64,000 bases of DNA. It comes from Alphaproteobacteria bacterium (GTDB lineage: Bacteria > Pseudomonadota > Alphaproteobacteria > Bin95). Position numbers and translations under genes: made by a program. Shown in pieces: positions 49,603 to 63,386 of this stretch. Position 1 is the first letter of the stretch, and each line of letters starts with the position of its first letter. Under the pieces are notes generated by a model, which saw nothing but the letters and a program-made list of their open reading frames with translations, searched no databases and was not told the origin of the DNA. Location: assembly GCA_965660545.1 (NCBI GenBank), contig CBFIAF010000020.1:97-64096 (forward strand), read 5' to 3'.

Positions 49603-51053
49603 TTCTGGAACAGTTGCTGAGCCGCAGCGGTCGCTTCGGAAACAATAGGCCCCGGCAGCACGATAAACAGCAGGATCACAATCGTTGCTACGCCGAGCAC
49701 GACGCCAAGGTCCCGCGGCATAGGGCCTTCAAGCGGATCGTTCGCTTCATCAAAGTACATGACCTTGATCAGGCGAATGTAATAGAAGCAGCTGACCACA
49801 CTGGCCAGAACACCAACAACAGCCAGAATGTACAGATGCGCCTCAACAGCGGCTTGCAGTACATAAAGCTTGCCGAAGAACCCCGCGAGCGGCGGAATTC
49901 CGGCCATTGAGAACAAGATTGCGGCCAAGGCCAATGCCATTGCTGGGTGCGTACGGGATGCGCCGGCAAGATCATCAATGTCCTCAACGGCCTCGCCATC
50001 CCGGCGCATGGCAAGCACACAAGCAAAGGCAGCAAGGTTCATGAACAGATAGATAGCCGTATAGATCAACAACCCGCGCACGCCAATTTCAGACGCCGCC
50101 GCTAATCCGATCAACGCAAAGCCCACATGTCCGATAGAGCTATAAGCTAGCAGTCGCTTGATATTCCGCTGGGCAAGCGCGCCGAACGCGCCAACTACAA
50201 CGGATATGCCCGCCAGCATCGCTACGACTTGGCTCCAGGATTCTGCCGCACCAAGCAGTGGATCTGCCATAACGCGGGCGAAAAGCGCCAACGCTGCCGC
50301 TTTAGGCGCCGCGGCGAAGAAGGCGGTAATCGGCGTATCAGCCCCTTCATAGACATCAGGCGTCCACATATGGAATGGCGCGGCGGAGACTTTAAATGCG
50401 AGGCCCGCGATCAGAAACACAAGCCCGACAACAAGGCCAACGTTTGTCTCTGGTGCCGATAGAACTTGCTCGGCGATCATGTCGAAGCCGGTGTAGCCGG
50501 TATAGCCGTAAATCAGTGAACAACCGTACAGCAGCATGCCGGAAGATAATGCACCCAACACGAAATACTTGAGGCCAGCTTCCGTCGCGCGCAAGGAATC
50601 CCTGCGAATTGCGGCAAGCACATAAAGCGATAGGCTCTGCAATTCCAGGCCCATATAAAGCGAGATCAGGTCATTGGCCGAGACCATGAGCATCATGCCA
50701 AGTGCTGCAAAGAGCATCAACACAGGTTGCTCAAAGCGCACAGCGCCTGAAGCACCACTTGGGGTTGCGCGGGCAGCCGCCATCACGGCCGTGGCTGCGG
50801 CACCAATAACGATCAGCACCTTAGCAAAAGTCGCCAGTTTGTCGGATATGAAGAGGCCACCAAACGCAGGGCCAGCAGGCATCATCAAGCCGATCATGAG
50901 GACCGTTACAAGCGTCGCCGCGACTGCATAAGCCAGGGGTTTCGCCACACGGTCACCAATAAACACGCCGATCATGAGAAATATCAGACCAGCACATGCT
51001 AGCAGGATTTCCGGGAGGAGAGGCATAACCGCCATAATTCTAGCGTCCTCCAA
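49599..51053 (-). CDS. nuoN: NADH-quinone oxidoreductase subunit N
   Basis: Last gene of the nuo operon. It is polytopic and antiporter-like, with FHMWTPDVYEG. The start is ambiguous (51053, 51035 or 51026). Confidence 0.92.
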   Translation of the reverse strand: MEDARIMAVMPLLPEILLACAGLIFLMIGVFIGDRVAKPLAYAVAATLVTVLMIGLMMPAGPAFGGLFISDKLATFAKVLIVIGAAATAVMAAARATPSGASGAVRFEQPVLMLFAALGMMLMVSANDLISLYMGLELQSLSLYVLAAIRRDSLRATEAGLKYFVLGALSSGMLLYGCSLIYGYTGYTGFDMIAEQVLSAPETNVGLVVGLVFLIAGLAFKVSAAPFHMWTPDVYEGADTPITAFFAAAPKAAALALFARVMADPLLGAAESWSQVVAMLAGISVVVGAFGALAQRNIKRLLAYSSIGHVGFALIGLAAASEIGVRGLLIYTAIYLFMNLAAFACVLAMRRDGEAVEDIDDLAGASRTHPAMALALAAILFSMAGIPPLAGFFGKLYVLQAAVEAHLYILAVVGVLASVVSCFYYIRLIKVMYFDEANDPLEGPMPRDLGVVLGVATIVILLFIVLPGPIVSEATAAAQQLFQN

Positions 51054-52598
51054 TCAACGCAGCGAAGCGAGCAAGGAACGAGCCTGGTCGCCAATGTCTT
51101 GCAAGCTGGATGCTGTGGAAACCGGCGCTCTTGAGAGCACCTCCGCCACAGCAGGCTGTATGCCATCCAGGAACGAAGCCGGGTATATGCCCATCCAAAG
51201 CACCAAGATCACCAAGGGCGTGAAAATAGCCGCTTCGCGCCAGGTGAGGTCGCTGATGGATTTGAGGTCATCATGTTCTAGCCTACCGAAGATAACGCGG
51301 CGATAGAGCATCAGCATGTATGCGGCACCCAAGATCAAGCCTGTGGCGGCCAACGCTGCAACCCAGGTATTCGCCAGGAACGCGCCAGCCAAAACCAGGA
51401 ACTCACCGATAAAGCCGGATGTTCCCGGCAGACCAACCGACGCCATGGTGAAGATCATCATGACAGCCGCATATTTCGGCATCCTATTCACCAACCCGCC
51501 ATAGCGAGAAATTTCGCGCGTGTGCATCCGATCGTAGACGACGCCGACACAAAGGAAGAGTGCGGCAGACACAATGCCGTGGCTCAACATCTGGAAGACA
51601 GCACCCTCTACGCCTTGGGCATTACCGGTAAAGATGCCCAGCGTCACGTAGCCCATATGGGCTACCGATGAATAGGCAATCAGCTTCTTCATATCCTCTT
51701 GCGCGAGTGCGACAAGGGATGTGTAAACGATGGCAACGATGCTAAGCGCATAGACCATGTCCGAAAAATAGGCGGACGCATCAGGGAACATCGGCAGCGA
51801 GAAGCGAAGAAAGCCGTAGCCGCCCATCTTCAGCAATACGCCAGCCAGAATGACTGAGCCTGCCGTCGGTGCCTCAACGTGCGCGTCAGGCAGCCAAGTA
51901 TGAACCGGCCACATCGGCATCTTGACGGAGAATGAGGCAAAAAACGCCAGCCAGAGCCATATCTGCAGCTCTGGATCAAAGTCGAATAGCATTGCTTCTT
52001 CGATAGAGGAACCGCCGACCTGAACTATTATCGCGATGATCGCGACCAGCATCAATACTGAGCCGAGCAGCGTGTAGAGGAAGAATTTAAATGATGCGTA
52101 TATGCGTCGCGCACCGCCCCATACGCCGATGATCAAGAACATCGGGATCAGCACGCCTTCGAAGAAGACGTAGAAGGCAATCATATCCAGCGCGCAGAAC
52201 ATGCCTACCATGAAGGTCTCTAGCGCTAAGAACGCCGCCATATATTCGCTAACGCGTTTATCGACAGATGTCCAAGAGGCCAGGATACAGATTGGTGTCA
52301 AGAAGGTGGAGAGCAGTATAAAATAGATCGAAATTCCATCAACGCCCAAGCGGAAGGCGATGTTGAATTCCGGGAACCACTCATAGGTTTCCTTCATCTG
52401 GAAACCAGGGTTCGTTGGATCAAACTGCGCCCATACTAGAAGCGAGACCAGGAATACAAAGCTGGATGCCCAAAGGGCAACCCAACGGGCGTTCGATGCT
52501 TTCTCGTCGCCACGGGCGAAGAGCATAATCATCAGCGCGCCGACAAGCGGGCCGAAGGTGATTAGCGTTAGAAGGGGCGCACCAGACACTTGGCTCAA
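51054..52598 (-). CDS. nuoM: NADH-quinone oxidoreductase subunit M
   Basis: 514 aa, antiporter-like, with [15 protein letters not shown]. Confidence 0.94.
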   Translation of the reverse strand: MSQVSGAPLLTLITFGPLVGALMIMLFARGDEKASNARWVALWASSFVFLVSLLVWAQFDPTNPGFQMKETYEWFPEFNIAFRLGVDGISIYFILLSTFLTPICILASWTSVDKRVSEYMAAFLALETFMVGMFCALDMIAFYVFFEGVLIPMFLIIGVWGGARRIYASFKFFLYTLLGSVLMLVAIIAIIVQVGGSSIEEAMLFDFDPELQIWLWLAFFASFSVKMPMWPVHTWLPDAHVEAPTAGSVILAGVLLKMGGYGFLRFSLPMFPDASAYFSDMVYALSIVAIVYTSLVALAQEDMKKLIAYSSVAHMGYVTLGIFTGNAQGVEGAVFQMLSHGIVSAALFLCVGVVYDRMHTREISRYGGLVNRMPKYAAVMMIFTMASVGLPGTSGFIGEFLVLAGAFLANTWVAALAATGLILGAAYMLMLYRRVIFGRLEHDDLKSISDLTWREAAIFTPLVILVLWMGIYPASFLDGIQPAVAEVLSRAPVSTASSLQDIGDQARSLLASLR

Positions 52599-54559
52599 GC
52601 TCCCTGATGGAAGATGCGCCAGGCGACCAGGGCGACGACCCCCATCAACATGGCGAATGCATAATGATAGACATAGCCGGACTGAAGCTTGCTTGCTTTA
52701 TCCGCCGCTCGCTTGGCTAGGGATGAGATGCCGTCTGGCCCGAAGCGGTCAATAATGCCAACGTCGCCGCGCTGCCAGAGCAGACGCGCCAATCGTTTAG
52801 CAGGGCGCACGAAAAGCCAGTCATAGGCTTCATCAAAGTACCACTTGTTAAAGAAGAACTTATGCAGGCCTTCGAATACCTCAGCCGTTTTCTGCGGCAG
52901 GCTCGTGTCCTTGATATATAATCTCCAAGCCAGAAAGATACCAAGCGCCGTCACAACAACCGGCAGCGCTTTCACCCAGAACGGCACATGGTGCGCGTTG
53001 TCTATGATGTTGTGGCCCTCGCTATCCGCCAGGATAAAGATAGAGTCTCCCCAGAATTCCTGGAAGTCATAGCCAACGAACGGTCCATATAGCGCTATGC
53101 CGGACACGACGGCACCGAAAGCCAATACATAGAGTGGCCAAAGCATCACAGGTGGCGATTCATGCACATGCGCCATAACTTTCTCATCAGCGCGCGGCTG
53201 ACCGTGGAATGTCATGAATAACAGGCGCCATGAATAAAATGCCGTCATACATGCGGCCGCGATCCCGAAGATAAACGCCAGCATCCCAGGCACCGATTCA
53301 GCCGCATAGGCTACCTCCAAGATCATGTCTTTGGAGTAGAAGCCTGCAAAACCTATCAGGCCAGGAATACCAACGCCCGCAAGCGCCAGACTACCGATCC
53401 ACATCAAAATATAGGTCTGTTTAATGTGGCTGCGGATGCCGCCCATGTTCCGCATGTCCTGTTCGTCTGACATGGCGTGAATCACGGAACCAGCGCCAAG
53501 GAACAGGAGCGCCTTGAAGAATGCATGGGTCGTTAGGTGGAACATAGCGGCGGGATATGCAGATAGGCCAACCGCGAAGAACATGTAGCCAAGCTGAGAA
53601 CAGGTCGAATAGGCGATAACACGCTTGATATCGAACTGCGTCAGACCAACGGTCGCGGCAAAGAACGCCGTGAACGCGCCAATCATCGTTACAAACACCA
53701 TCACGTTGGGGGCGTATTCAAAGATTGGCGACAGGCGGCAGACCATGAAGACGCCTGCCGTGACCATGGTAGCAGCATGGATTAGTGCGGAGACTGGTGT
53801 TGGGCCTTCCATCGCGTCCGGCAGCCAGGTGTGTAGACCTAGTTGGGCCGATTTCCCCATAGCGCCGATGAACAGCAGTAGACAGAGGATTTCAAGCGCT
53901 GGCAGGTCTAGGCCCAGGAACTGAAGCCGCGCTTCTGTATGCTGCGGAACGGCGCTGAAGATAGAGCCGAACGAGACTGTTTCGAACAACAAGAATATGC
54001 CGAAGATGCCAAGCGCGAAGCCAAAGTCACCAACCCGGTTGACGATAAATGCCTTCATTGCGGCTGCATTAGCTGCAGGGCGGTCGTACCAGAAGCCAAT
54101 CAACAGGTAGGAACAAACGCCCACACCTTCCCAGCCAAAGAACATCTGGACCAGGTTATCGGCAGTCACGAGCATCAGCATCGCGAACGTAAACAGCGAT
54201 AGATACGCCATGAACCGCGGCTTCGAATGATCGTGGCTCATGTAGCCGATGGAATACACGTGCACGCAAGCCGATATGATTGTGACGACGCACATCATCA
54301 CAACAGATAGCGTGTCGAAACGCAGACTCCACGCGGCTTCAAAGCTGCCGCTATCAATCCAACGAAATAGCTCGACAGTCCGCGGATCATGGCCGAGCGC
54401 GATATCGATAAACGCGACGATGGAGATAACGGCGGCCAGAATAAGGCCGCCAGCGGTCACATACTGTGCGCCGCGATCTCCAAGCCTGCGATTACCAAGC
54501 CCGGCAACAAGCGCTCCCAGAAGCGGCAGGAAAATTGCGATGACATAAAGGGCGTTCAT
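52595..54559 (-). CDS. nuoL: NADH-quinone oxidoreductase subunit L
   Basis: 654 aa with [22 protein letters not shown] and a long C-terminal lateral-helix region. Confidence 0.94.
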   Translation of the reverse strand: MNALYVIAIFLPLLGALVAGLGNRRLGDRGAQYVTAGGLILAAVISIVAFIDIALGHDPRTVELFRWIDSGSFEAAWSLRFDTLSVVMMCVVTIISACVHVYSIGYMSHDHSKPRFMAYLSLFTFAMLMLVTADNLVQMFFGWEGVGVCSYLLIGFWYDRPAANAAAMKAFIVNRVGDFGFALGIFGIFLLFETVSFGSIFSAVPQHTEARLQFLGLDLPALEILCLLLFIGAMGKSAQLGLHTWLPDAMEGPTPVSALIHAATMVTAGVFMVCRLSPIFEYAPNVMVFVTMIGAFTAFFAATVGLTQFDIKRVIAYSTCSQLGYMFFAVGLSAYPAAMFHLTTHAFFKALLFLGAGSVIHAMSDEQDMRNMGGIRSHIKQTYILMWIGSLALAGVGIPGLIGFAGFYSKDMILEVAYAAESVPGMLAFIFGIAAACMTAFYSWRLLFMTFHGQPRADEKVMAHVHESPPVMLWPLYVLAFGAVVSGIALYGPFVGYDFQEFWGDSIFILADSEGHNIIDNAHHVPFWVKALPVVVTALGIFLAWRLYIKDTSLPQKTAEVFEGLHKFFFNKWYFDEAYDWLFVRPAKRLARLLWQRGDVGIIDRFGPDGISSLAKRAADKASKLQSGYVYHYAFAMLMGVVALVAWRIFHQGA

Positions 54560-54567
54560 TGAATCAA

Positions 54568-54876
54568 TTAGCCCTTCATCATGCTGACGTCTTCAACCGC
54601 GATGGAGCCACGGTTGCGGAAGTAGACGACCAGAATTGCAAGGCCGATTGCAGCTTCAGCCGCTGCAACGGTCAAGATGAACATGGCGAAGGCCTGCCCG
54701 GCGAGATCACCATTGAATGACGAAAACGCCACGAGATTGATGTTCACTGCCAACAGCATCAGTTCAATCGACATAAGGATGACGATGACGTTCCGGCGGT
54801 TCAGGAAAATTCCGAAAATGCCGAGCGTGAATAGGATCGCCGCGACGCCAAGGTAATGTATGAGCCCGATAATCAT
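54568..54876 (-). CDS. nuoK: NADH-quinone oxidoreductase subunit K
   Basis: 102 aa, 3 TM helices, with [16 protein letters not shown]. Confidence 0.93.
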   Translation of the reverse strand: MIIGLIHYLGVAAILFTLGIFGIFLNRRNVIVILMSIELMLLAVNINLVAFSSFNGDLAGQAFAMFILTVAAAEAAIGLAILVVYFRNRGSIAVEDVSMMKG

Positions 54877-55490
54877 TGTGCGCCCCCGCCAAGCGGTACT
54901 TTCACGACTTCGACTGCACCATCAGGTGTACGCGCCAACTGGTCTGAGATCTTCTGTTTACGCACGCCAGGCCGGCTGCGGAGGGTAAGAACAATCGCGC
55001 CGATCATGGCAACCAACAGAACGAGGCCAGCGATTTGGAAGAGAATGAAATAGTTCGTGTACATGATCTGCCCGAGCGCCCTAGTATTCTCAACCACTTC
55101 ATGGGGTGGGGTCGGTAATGCGCCGCCAATAACCGCACCTTCGCCTAGTGTCATCCCACCAACCACGACGAAAAGTTCGGCCAGCAGGGCTGCGCCCACC
55201 AAACCACCAACAACGACATAGCGAGCCGCACCTGCGCGAAGTTCCTGGAAATTCACGTCCAGCATCATCACGACAAACAGGAACAGCACAGCGACAGCGC
55301 CCACGTAAACAACAACCAACGCCATAGCCAGGAATTCAGCACCTAACAGCACGAACAGCCCGGCAGCGTTAAAGAACGCCAGGATCAGGAACAAAACCGC
55401 GTGAACGGGGTTGCGCGCGGTCACTACCATAGCGCCAGCCACCACGGCGACCGTGGCAAACAGGTAGAAACATAATGCGGCGACAGTCAT
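54873..55490 (-). CDS. nuoJ: NADH-quinone oxidoreductase subunit J
   Basis: 205 aa, hydrophobic. Its position between nuoI and nuoK and the 4-nt overlap with nuoK support the call. Confidence 0.9.
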   Translation of the reverse strand: MTVAALCFYLFATVAVVAGAMVVTARNPVHAVLFLILAFFNAAGLFVLLGAEFLAMALVVVYVGAVAVLFLFVVMMLDVNFQELRAGAARYVVVGGLVGAALLAELFVVVGGMTLGEGAVIGGALPTPPHEVVENTRALGQIMYTNYFILFQIAGLVLLVAMIGAIVLTLRSRPGVRKQKISDQLARTPDGAVEVVKVPLGGGAQ

Positions 55491-55556
55491 CCGATCATCC
55501 CCTTGGGCATCCAGATCCCCCCTTTGAGCGCACAGTAAGCGCGTCCTGCAGGCTTA

Positions 55557-56045
55557 TCAGCGGTACGGCGCATCCTGCGCCAGATTCTTGGCAATGGCGG
55601 TTTCCCACCCGTCGCCGTTATCCAGAAGCTTCTGCTTATTGTACATCAGCTCTTCGCGGGTTTCGGTCGCGAATTCGAAATTCGGGCCTTCGACGATAGC
55701 GTCCACCGGGCAGGCTTCTTGGCAGAAACCGCAGTAAATGCACTTCGTCATATCGATATCGTAGCGGGTCGTACGGCGGCTACCATCTTCGCGTGGCTCG
55801 GCTTCAATCGTGATCGCTTGCGCTGGGCAAATCGCTTCACACAGCTTGCAGGCAATGCAGCGCTCTTCGCCATTGGGATATCGGCGCAGCGCGTGTTCGC
55901 CTCGGAAGCGCGGGCTCAACGGGCCTTTTTGGTATGGGTAGTTTAACGTGACTTTGCGCTTAAACAGGTATTTGAACGTAAGCGCCATGCCGGAAACAAG
56001 TTCCGCCAGGAGAAAACTTCGGGCCGCGCGATTAATAGACACCAT
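55557..56045 (-). CDS. nuoI: NADH-quinone oxidoreductase subunit I
   Basis: Carries two 4Fe-4S ferredoxin motifs, [12 protein letters not shown] and [12 protein letters not shown]. Confidence 0.95.
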   Translation of the reverse strand: MVSINRAARSFLLAELVSGMALTFKYLFKRKVTLNYPYQKGPLSPRFRGEHALRRYPNGEERCIACKLCEAICPAQAITIEAEPREDGSRRTTRYDIDMTKCIYCGFCQEACPVDAIVEGPNFEFATETREELMYNKQKLLDNGDGWETAIAKNLAQDAPYR

Positions 56046-56069
56046 GGTCTTTGGTCCTCTCCCTACAAT

Positions 56070-57083
56070 CTAATATTTTGGCAGCCAGTCAAACATGACC
56101 AGCGCGCCTGCGGTGAGGGCGACCCATAGCAGCGAGAATGGCAGGAATATTTTCCAGCCAAGCCTCATCAATTGGTCGTAGCGATAACGCGGGAACGTTG
56201 CGCGCACCCACAAGAAGCAGAAAAGAATGAATGCCGTTTTGGCCGCAAACCAGAACACGCCCGGGATCCAATTGAACGGCGCGATGTCAAGAATCGGCAA
56301 CCAACCACCCAGGAAAAGCGTCACAGTCATGCCGCTCATCAAGATCATGTTGGCGTATTCGCCAAGGAAGAACAGCGCGAACGTCATCGCCGAATATTCA
56401 ACGTTGTAGCCGGAGACAAGCTCCGCTTCCGCTTCTGGCAGGTCGAACGGCGCACGGTTAGTTTCCGCCAGGGCCGATACGAAGAAGATCACAAACATCG
56501 GGAACAGTGGAATGCAGTACCAGAGGCCCTTTTGCGCTAGCACGATGTTGGTCAGGTTCAGTGACCCGACACAGAGCAGGACCGTTATAATCACGAAGCC
56601 GATGGAGACCTCGTAGGATACCATCTGCGCGGCGGACCGAAGTGCGCCCAAGAACGGGTATCGGGAATTTGAGGCCCAGCCTGCGATAATGATTCCGTAA
56701 ACCCCAAGCGATGAAATGGCGAAGAGATACAAGACACCGACATTGATGTTCGCGACCGCCCAACCTTCATCCACTGGAATAACCGCCCAAGCCACGAATG
56801 CGAGAATGAACGTTAGAATTGGTGCCATAATGAAAAGCGCTGCGTTGGCACCAGCCGGAATAATGGTTTCTTTGGTCAGTAGCTTCAGGCCGTCAGCAAT
56901 TGGCTGTAGCAGCCCAAATGGACCGACCACATTTGGGCCGCGCCGCAACTGCATGGACGCTATGACTTTACGTTCCGCTAGCGTGAGATAGGCAACGGCA
57001 CCCATCAACGGCAAAACTGTCGCCAGAATATGCGCGACGATGATGATCGTCGGCCAGGCGTATAGGCTCCAGAAGCTATCCAT
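56070..57083 (-). CDS. nuoH: NADH-quinone oxidoreductase subunit H
   Basis: Polytopic, with [25 protein letters not shown]. The start is set at ATG 57083 (MDSFWS), which overlaps nuoG by 8 nt. Confidence 0.93.
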   Translation of the reverse strand: MDSFWSLYAWPTIIIVAHILATVLPLMGAVAYLTLAERKVIASMQLRRGPNVVGPFGLLQPIADGLKLLTKETIIPAGANAALFIMAPILTFILAFVAWAVIPVDEGWAVANINVGVLYLFAISSLGVYGIIIAGWASNSRYPFLGALRSAAQMVSYEVSIGFVIITVLLCVGSLNLTNIVLAQKGLWYCIPLFPMFVIFFVSALAETNRAPFDLPEAEAELVSGYNVEYSAMTFALFFLGEYANMILMSGMTVTLFLGGWLPILDIAPFNWIPGVFWFAAKTAFILFCFLWVRATFPRYRYDQLMRLGWKIFLPFSLLWVALTAGALVMFDWLPKY

Positions 57084-59103
57084 GGGCTTCGGCTTGCTTT
57101 TCAGCGGCAGCACCGAATTCGGCGGTACATTTCGCCATAGTTGGGCTCGCGCGGGAAATTGGATCAGTCATGTAGAAGTTCTGCACAGGGCTAACGAACG
57201 GAGCGGAGTCTAGAGCGCCTTCTATGCCAAACGCCCCCCATTCACCAGGGGCTTGAGCGTCCAAATCGCCAAGGACAGGACACGCGGCTTCCATCGCTTC
57301 CCGCAGCCCACGGAGATCATTGTAGGGCAACGTGGCATTCATAACGCCGGAAAGCTCACGAAGGATTGACCAATCCTCACGGCCATCACCAGGCGGGAAC
57401 ACGGCGCGTTGGCTGCGTTGCGCCCGGCCTTCCATATTCACATAGGTGCCACTTTTCTCAGGATAAGCCGCACCTGGCAGAATTACATCCGCGGCATGGG
57501 CACCGGCATCACCGAGCGCGCCCTGATAGATAACGAAAGCATTCTGAAGTCTGCTCGCATCAAATTCATCTGCACCGAGGAGGTAGACCGTTTTAATATC
57601 GCCCGATTCGGTGCCGGCCATAATGGCTTCGATATCCATACCGTCCTCGCCCGGCACAAAGCCAAGATCAAGGCCGCCAACACGGCTGGCTGCAGTGTGT
57701 AGAACGCCAAAGCCGTTCCAATCATCGTTGACTGTGCTCAGCGCACGGGCTTTCGCCAATACCGCAGCGCCATCAGCTCGCGCCAGCGCACCTGCGCCCA
57801 CCAGCACCATCGGGCGCTCGGCACCGACAAGGAAATCTGCCGCTTTGTCTAGGCCGTATGGGCCATCGCGTAGGAGTTCAGTTTTGTAGGTTTGGTGGCC
57901 GACCTGACCAATCACGCCAACCTTAAATCCACCCTGAAGCCAACGCTTGCGGATGCGCGCGTTAAACACCGCCGCCTCGACCCTGGGGTTCGCACCAATC
58001 AGTAACAGCCGATCGGCATCTTCAACGCCAGCGAGGCCAGCGTTCAGGATATATGCGCCGCGTGGAGCAGAGCCTTCGATCTTCATGCCGTCCTGGCGAC
58101 ATTCAAGATGCGCACCTTCGAACAGGGATTTAGCTGCAAACATGGTTTCGCAATCCGTCTGATCGCCAGCAATCACGGCCAATTTGCCCGTGTCCGTTGC
58201 TTTGATCTTATCTGCAACAACGCGAATGGCTGCGTCCCAAGTGCTAGGCCTCAGCTTGCCATCAGCGCCGCGTACATAGGGTTTATCGAGGCGCTGGCGT
58301 TTGAGGCCATCAACTGCAAAACGAGATTTATCGGACAGCCATTCTTCATTGACGTCCTCATGCAGGCGCGGCAACACGCGGAGCACTTCTGGCCCGCGCG
58401 CATCAATGCGGATGTTCGTTCCGACCGCGTCCATCACATCAATGCCTTCAGTCTTCTGCAGCTCCCAAGGGCGCGCGACGAAGGCATAAGGTTTGGACGT
58501 CAATGCACCAACGGGGCACAAATCAATGATATTACCGGAGAGTTCGGATGCGATACCCTCTTCCAGCGTTGAAATTTCCATATGCTCGCCACGGCCAAGC
58601 GCGCCGATAGCAGGAACGCCGGCAACCTCATCCATGAAACGGACACAACGGGTGCAGTGGATGCACCGGGTCATGATGGTCTTGACCAGAGGGCCCATAT
58701 ATTTATCGACGACAGCGCGCTTGTTTTCTTCAAAGCGGCTGCCGGATACGCCATAGCCGATGGCCTGGTCTTGCAAATCGCACTCACCACCCTGGTCGCA
58801 AATCGGGCAATCCAGCGGGTGGTTGATTAGTAACATTTCCATCACACCTTTGCGGGCATGCTGGACCATAGGTGAATCTGTAAATACTTCCATGTTTTCG
58901 CCAGCCGGCATCGCGCAGGACGCTGCCGGTTTTGGCGGGCCAGGCTTGATTTCAACCAAGCACATCCGGCAGTTGCCAGCGATGGACAGACGGTCGTGAT
59001 AACAGAACCGCGGGATTTCCTTACCCGCTTCTTCACAAGCCTGCAGCACTGTGGCGCCGGCAGGAACCTCGACTTCTACGCCGTCAACTTTAAGCTTTGG
59101 CAT
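57076..59103 (-). CDS. nuoG: NADH-quinone oxidoreductase subunit G
   Basis: Begins [24 protein letters not shown] at ATG 59103, with 2Fe-2S/4Fe-4S Cys clusters ([27 protein letters not shown]). The 60-codon track extension overlaps nuoF and is rejected. Confidence 0.94.
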   Translation of the reverse strand: MPKLKVDGVEVEVPAGATVLQACEEAGKEIPRFCYHDRLSIAGNCRMCLVEIKPGPPKPAASCAMPAGENMEVFTDSPMVQHARKGVMEMLLINHPLDCPICDQGGECDLQDQAIGYGVSGSRFEENKRAVVDKYMGPLVKTIMTRCIHCTRCVRFMDEVAGVPAIGALGRGEHMEISTLEEGIASELSGNIIDLCPVGALTSKPYAFVARPWELQKTEGIDVMDAVGTNIRIDARGPEVLRVLPRLHEDVNEEWLSDKSRFAVDGLKRQRLDKPYVRGADGKLRPSTWDAAIRVVADKIKATDTGKLAVIAGDQTDCETMFAAKSLFEGAHLECRQDGMKIEGSAPRGAYILNAGLAGVEDADRLLLIGANPRVEAAVFNARIRKRWLQGGFKVGVIGQVGHQTYKTELLRDGPYGLDKAADFLVGAERPMVLVGAGALARADGAAVLAKARALSTVNDDWNGFGVLHTAASRVGGLDLGFVPGEDGMDIEAIMAGTESGDIKTVYLLGADEFDASRLQNAFVIYQGALGDAGAHAADVILPGAAYPEKSGTYVNMEGRAQRSQRAVFPPGDGREDWSILRELSGVMNATLPYNDLRGLREAMEAACPVLGDLDAQAPGEWGAFGIEGALDSAPFVSPVQNFYMTDPISRASPTMAKCTAEFGAAAEKQAEAHG

Positions 59104-59113
59104 CGCCCGCCCC

Positions 59114-60391
59114 CTACGCCGCCGCCTGATGGCGCGCGCGAATACGTTTTTCAAGCTCCGGCCGGAAATGACGCAATAGGCCCTGTATCGGCCAGGAGCC
59201 GCCATCGCCATGGGCGCAGATTGTATGGCCTTCAATTTCCTTCGTGACCTGATGGAGCATATCAATCTCCTCCATCCGGGCATCGCCCGTCACCATGCGG
59301 TTCATCACGCGGTTGACCCAGCCAAAACCCTCGCGGCACGGCGTGCACTGGCCGCAGCTCTCATGCATGTAAAAATATGAGAGACGCGCAATGGCTTTCA
59401 CAACATCCGTCGATTTATCCATCACGATAACGGCTGCCGTACCAAGCCCGCTTTGGACATCTTTCAGCGCGTCGAAGTCCATAAGCACGTCGTCACAAAT
59501 GTCTTTCGGCAAGATTGGTGTAGACGACCCACCTGGAATGACGGCCAGCAGATTATCCCATCCGCCGCGCACGCCGCCCGCATGATTTTCGATCAACTCC
59601 CGTAGTGGGATGCTCATCGCTTCTTCGACATTACATGGCGTATTCACGTGGCCAGAAATGCAGAAGACTTTGGTGCCCGCATTATTCTCACGGCCAAAGC
59701 TGGAGAACCATGTGGCACCCCGGCGCAAAATTGTTGGCGCGGCTGCAATCGTCTCAACGTTGTTGACCGTTGTCGGGCGGCCATAAAGGCCAGCCATAGC
59801 CGGAAATGGCGGCTTCAAGCGTGGTTGGCCCTTTTTGCCTTCCAGGCTTTCGATCAGTGCCGTTTCTTCGCCGCAGATATATGCGCCAGCGCCCCGATGC
59901 AGATACAGATCGAAATCATAACCGGAGCCGCAAGCGTTCTTGCCGATCAATCCCGCGTCATAAGCTTCAGCAATGGCTGCGTCCACGACTTCCGCTTCGT
60001 TGTGAAATTCGCCGCGGATGTATATATAACCAGCGGTCGCCCCTATTGCGACACCGGCAATCAAGCAACCCTCAACGAGCTTGTGCGGATCATTCCGCAT
60101 CATATCGCGGTCTTTACAAGTGCCGGGCTCGCCTTCATCCGCGTTCACAACAAGATATCGCGGCAAACCGTCATCATTTTTGGGCATGAAGGACCATTTA
60201 AGGCCCGTCGGGAAACCAGCGCCGCCGCGGCCACGTAGGCCAGAAGCTTTCATTTCTTCCACGATCCAGTCGCGGCCCTTCAGCAAGATGTCCTTCGTGC
60301 CATCCCAATCACCGCGTTTTTTCGCAGCGTCGAGATTCCACGGCTGTTCGCCGTACAGGTTCGTGAAGATGCGGTCTTCAGCTTTGAGCAT
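59114..60391 (-). CDS. nuoF: NADH-quinone oxidoreductase subunit F
   Basis: [10 protein letters not shown] (FMN site) and [12 protein letters not shown] (4Fe-4S) are present. Confidence 0.96.
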   Translation of the reverse strand: MLKAEDRIFTNLYGEQPWNLDAAKKRGDWDGTKDILLKGRDWIVEEMKASGLRGRGGAGFPTGLKWSFMPKNDDGLPRYLVVNADEGEPGTCKDRDMMRNDPHKLVEGCLIAGVAIGATAGYIYIRGEFHNEAEVVDAAIAEAYDAGLIGKNACGSGYDFDLYLHRGAGAYICGEETALIESLEGKKGQPRLKPPFPAMAGLYGRPTTVNNVETIAAAPTILRRGATWFSSFGRENNAGTKVFCISGHVNTPCNVEEAMSIPLRELIENHAGGVRGGWDNLLAVIPGGSSTPILPKDICDDVLMDFDALKDVQSGLGTAAVIVMDKSTDVVKAIARLSYFYMHESCGQCTPCREGFGWVNRVMNRMVTGDARMEEIDMLHQVTKEIEGHTICAHGDGGSWPIQGLLRHFRPELEKRIRARHQAAA

Positions 60392-60412
60392 GGACTAGCC
60401 CCTACTTCCGGT

Positions 60413-60997
60413 TCACGATTTGGCGGGCTCGGAACCACGGCGGCCGCTTTGCGACCCCTGTTCCGGCGTCTCGCCTTTAGCGAAGGCCTCCAGGATGCGC
60501 GTCGTCGATGCGGCATCCAGATCCTCATAATAATCATCGTCGATTTGGATCATTGGCGCGTTCACACATGCACCGAGGCATTCAACCTCATGCAAAGAGA
60601 ACTTGCCGTCCTCAGTCACCTGGCCAAAGCTAATACCGAGATGGTCTTTACAGGCCTTAACAACATCATCAGAGCCGCGCAGCCAGCAAGGTGTTGTCGT
60701 GCAGACCTGCACTTTGTGCTGACCTTTCGGGGCCAGGAAGTACATCGTGTAGAAGGTCGCGACTTCCCAGACACGGACGGATGGCATTTCCAGCCGGTCA
60801 GCAATCATTTCAATCGCAGCAGAAGGGATCCAGCCACCATGCTGACGCTGTGCCAAATCAAGCAGCGGCATCACCGCTGATTGCTTTTTGCTGTCAGGGT
60901 ATTTGGAAATAATCACTTTGGCGCGCGCATCATGTTCTACATCGAAAGCAAACGTCTTCGGCTGCAGATCATGCGGCGCAATATCCAGGCCGCTCAT
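60413..60997 (-). CDS. nuoE: NADH-quinone oxidoreductase subunit E
   Basis: 194 aa. The 2Fe-2S ligands lie in [11 protein letters not shown] and CLGACVNAP. Confidence 0.94.
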   Translation of the reverse strand: MSGLDIAPHDLQPKTFAFDVEHDARAKVIISKYPDSKKQSAVMPLLDLAQRQHGGWIPSAAIEMIADRLEMPSVRVWEVATFYTMYFLAPKGQHKVQVCTTTPCWLRGSDDVVKACKDHLGISFGQVTEDGKFSLHEVECLGACVNAPMIQIDDDYYEDLDAASTTRILEAFAKGETPEQGSQSGRRGSEPAKS

Positions 60998-62172
60998 CGA
61001 TCGACCTCCCCGAAGACGATGTCCATAGATCCGAGGATCGCGACACTATCCGCAAGCATGTGGCCTTTGGAGCAGAATTCCATGGCCTGCAAATGCGCAA
61101 ATCCGGGTGCACGAATTTTGCAGCGGTAAGGCTTATTGGTGCCGTCGGAGACCAAATACACCGCGAACTCACCCTTCGGCGCTTCAACAGCAGTATAGGT
61201 TTCGCCTTCTGGCACGTGGAAGCCTTCGGTGTAGAGCTTAAAGTGATGGATCAGCGCTTCCATCGAACGCTTCATCTGCCCACGATCCGGCGGTGCGATC
61301 TTGCCGTCTTCGGTCATCACTGGGCCATCCGGCATCTGCTCGATACACTGGCGGATGATTTTCAGGCTTGCGGCCATTTCCTCAACCCGGCAGACATAGC
61401 GATCATAGCAATCGCCGTTTTTGCCGATGGGAATATCGAACTCAACTTGATCATAAGCGTCGTAAGGCTGCGCACGACGGAGATCAAATGCAACGCCGGA
61501 ACCACGCAACATCGGGCCGGTAAAGCCCCAATCCAGCGCCTCTTTTTCAGTAACAACACCGATACCAACGGTGCGCTGCTTAAAGATACGGTTGCCGTCC
61601 AGCAATGAGCGCATATCGTCGACAAATGCCGGGAATTGATCACACCATGCGAGGATATCTTCCAGCATGCCCGCCGGCACATCCTGATGAACGCCACCGG
61701 GGCGGAAATAAGCAGCATGCAAGCGAGCGCCCGAGACGCCTTCGTAGAATTCCATCAGCTTTTCGCGCTGCTCGAAGCCCCAGAGCATCGGCGTCATCGC
61801 ACCTACGTCCATCGCAAAAGCCGTGATGTTCAGCAGGTGGTTCAGGATTCGGCTGATTTCAGCGAACAGCACACGCAGATATTGGCCGCGAGGCGGTGGT
61901 GCGATGCCCATAAGCTTCTCGACGCCCAGGGCATAAGCATGCTCCTGGCTCATCGGTGCCACGTAATCCAGGCGATCAAAATACGGCAATGCCTGAAGGT
62001 AGGTTTTGTACTCAATCAGCTTTTCTGTGCCGCGATGCAGCAGGCCGATATGGCTGTCGATGCGCTCAACAATCTCGCCGTCGAGCTCCATCACCATGCG
62101 CAGCACGCCGTGGGCAGCAGGATGCTGCGGCCCAAAGTTGATGGTGTAATTTTTTATATGGGCTTCGGCCAT
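60994..62172 (-). CDS. nuoD: NADH-quinone oxidoreductase subunit D
   Basis: [26 protein letters not shown], and ends DIVFGEVDR. Confidence 0.96.
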   Translation of the reverse strand: MAEAHIKNYTINFGPQHPAAHGVLRMVMELDGEIVERIDSHIGLLHRGTEKLIEYKTYLQALPYFDRLDYVAPMSQEHAYALGVEKLMGIAPPPRGQYLRVLFAEISRILNHLLNITAFAMDVGAMTPMLWGFEQREKLMEFYEGVSGARLHAAYFRPGGVHQDVPAGMLEDILAWCDQFPAFVDDMRSLLDGNRIFKQRTVGIGVVTEKEALDWGFTGPMLRGSGVAFDLRRAQPYDAYDQVEFDIPIGKNGDCYDRYVCRVEEMAASLKIIRQCIEQMPDGPVMTEDGKIAPPDRGQMKRSMEALIHHFKLYTEGFHVPEGETYTAVEAPKGEFAVYLVSDGTNKPYRCKIRAPGFAHLQAMEFCSKGHMLADSVAILGSMDIVFGEVDR

Positions 62173-62181
62173 GGTCCTGCC

Positions 62182-62793
62182 TTAGTCCGCTGCTTTTGAG
62201 GGGGCATCTTCGGCTTTCTCATCGCCCGGCATGTGGCGCTCGGCACCTTCCCATGGGCTCAAGAAATCAAAGCTGCGGAATTCTTGGGTCAGTTTCACAG
62301 GTTCGTAGATAACCCGCTTTTGCTCGTCGTCGTACCGAACTTCAACATATCCTGTCATCGGGAAATCTTTGCGCAACGGATGGCCTTCGAATCCATAGTC
62401 CGTCAGCAGACGCCGAAGGTCCGGGTGGTCGGAAAAGAATACGCCGTACATGTCCCATACTTCGCGCTCGAACCAATTGGCGGAAGCGAATAAATCTGAG
62501 ACTGTTGGCACAGTTGTATCTTCATCGGTGTTAATTTTAACACGAACGCGATGGTTTTGGCGCACGCTAAGTAGATTATAAATGACCTCAAACCGTTCCG
62601 GACGGTCTGGGAAATCAACACCGCAGACATCCAACAGGATCTTGAAGTCACATGCGCTGTCGTCCCGCAGGAACGTCAGAACCTTGACGATATCATCCCT
62701 CCGCACAGTCAATATCAGTTCGCCCAAGCGAATGTTTTGCGCCTGAATATCATCGCCCAGCTGTTCAGCGATATGTTCCGCCAGTTCTTGCAC
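62182..62793 (-). CDS. nuoC: NADH-quinone oxidoreductase subunit C
   Basis: 203 aa with [39 protein letters not shown]. Confidence 0.95.
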   Translation of the reverse strand: MQELAEHIAEQLGDDIQAQNIRLGELILTVRRDDIVKVLTFLRDDSACDFKILLDVCGVDFPDRPERFEVIYNLLSVRQNHRVRVKINTDEDTTVPTVSDLFASANWFEREVWDMYGVFFSDHPDLRRLLTDYGFEGHPLRKDFPMTGYVEVRYDDEQKRVIYEPVKLTQEFRSFDFLSPWEGAERHMPGDEKAEDAPSKAAD

Positions 62794-62840
62794 CGCTTAA
62801 GCCTCCCCAATCCGCTTCGAACCTGTGATCAGATAGGTCA

Positions 62841-63386
62841 TCAGCGCAAAATCGTGCCGGTGCGTTTGATCTTTTTCTGCAATTGCAGAATGCCGTAGAG
62901 CAGCGCTTCAGCAGTTGGCGGGCAGCCGGGTACATAGATGTCTACCGGTACGATCCGGTCACAGCCGCGCACCACGGAATAGCTGTAGTGATAATAACCG
63001 CCGCCATTGGCGCAGGATCCCATAGAAATAACCCATCGTGGTTCCGCCATCTGGTCATAGACCTTACGGAGCGCGGGTGCCATTTTGTTTGTCAGTGTAC
63101 CAGCGACAATCATCACATCGGACTGGCGCGGGCTTGGACGGAAGACAACGCCAAACCGATCCAAATCGTAGCGTGAGCAGGCCGTATGCATCATTTCAAC
63201 GGCGCAACAGGCAAGGCCGAACGTCATCGGCCAGAGCGAGCCAGACCGTGCCCAGTTCACCAGGCCGTCAAGATTGGCTACGACAAAGCCTTTATCCTCA
63301 AGCTCACCGGTTACGCCCTTTATAATTGCGTCTTGATCAGCGCCAGGGCCAACAACGGGTCCCGATTGCGTGTCCATCACTCCCAT
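62841..63386 (-). CDS. nuoB: NADH-quinone oxidoreductase subunit B
   Basis: [10 protein letters not shown], and [19 protein letters not shown]. The start is at ATG 63386 or 63377 (the latter overlaps the nuoA stop). The longer track ORF is rejected. Confidence 0.93.
   Translation of the reverse strand: MGVMDTQSGPVVGPGADQDAIIKGVTGELEDKGFVVANLDGLVNWARSGSLWPMTFGLACCAVEMMHTACSRYDLDRFGVVFRPSPRQSDVMIVAGTLTNKMAPALRKVYDQMAEPRWVISMGSCANGGGYYHYSYSVVRGCDRIVPVDIYVPGCPPTAEALLYGILQLQKKIKRTGTILR

Noticed and set aside
59104-59283. 60-codon upstream extension of nuoG (similar extensions occur on nuoB, nuoH, ffh, leuC, ybeY and the 15593 deacetylase)
   Set aside because: The extensions overlap the preceding genes and lack family similarity. 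Canonical N-termini with ATG and SD sequences lie further in.
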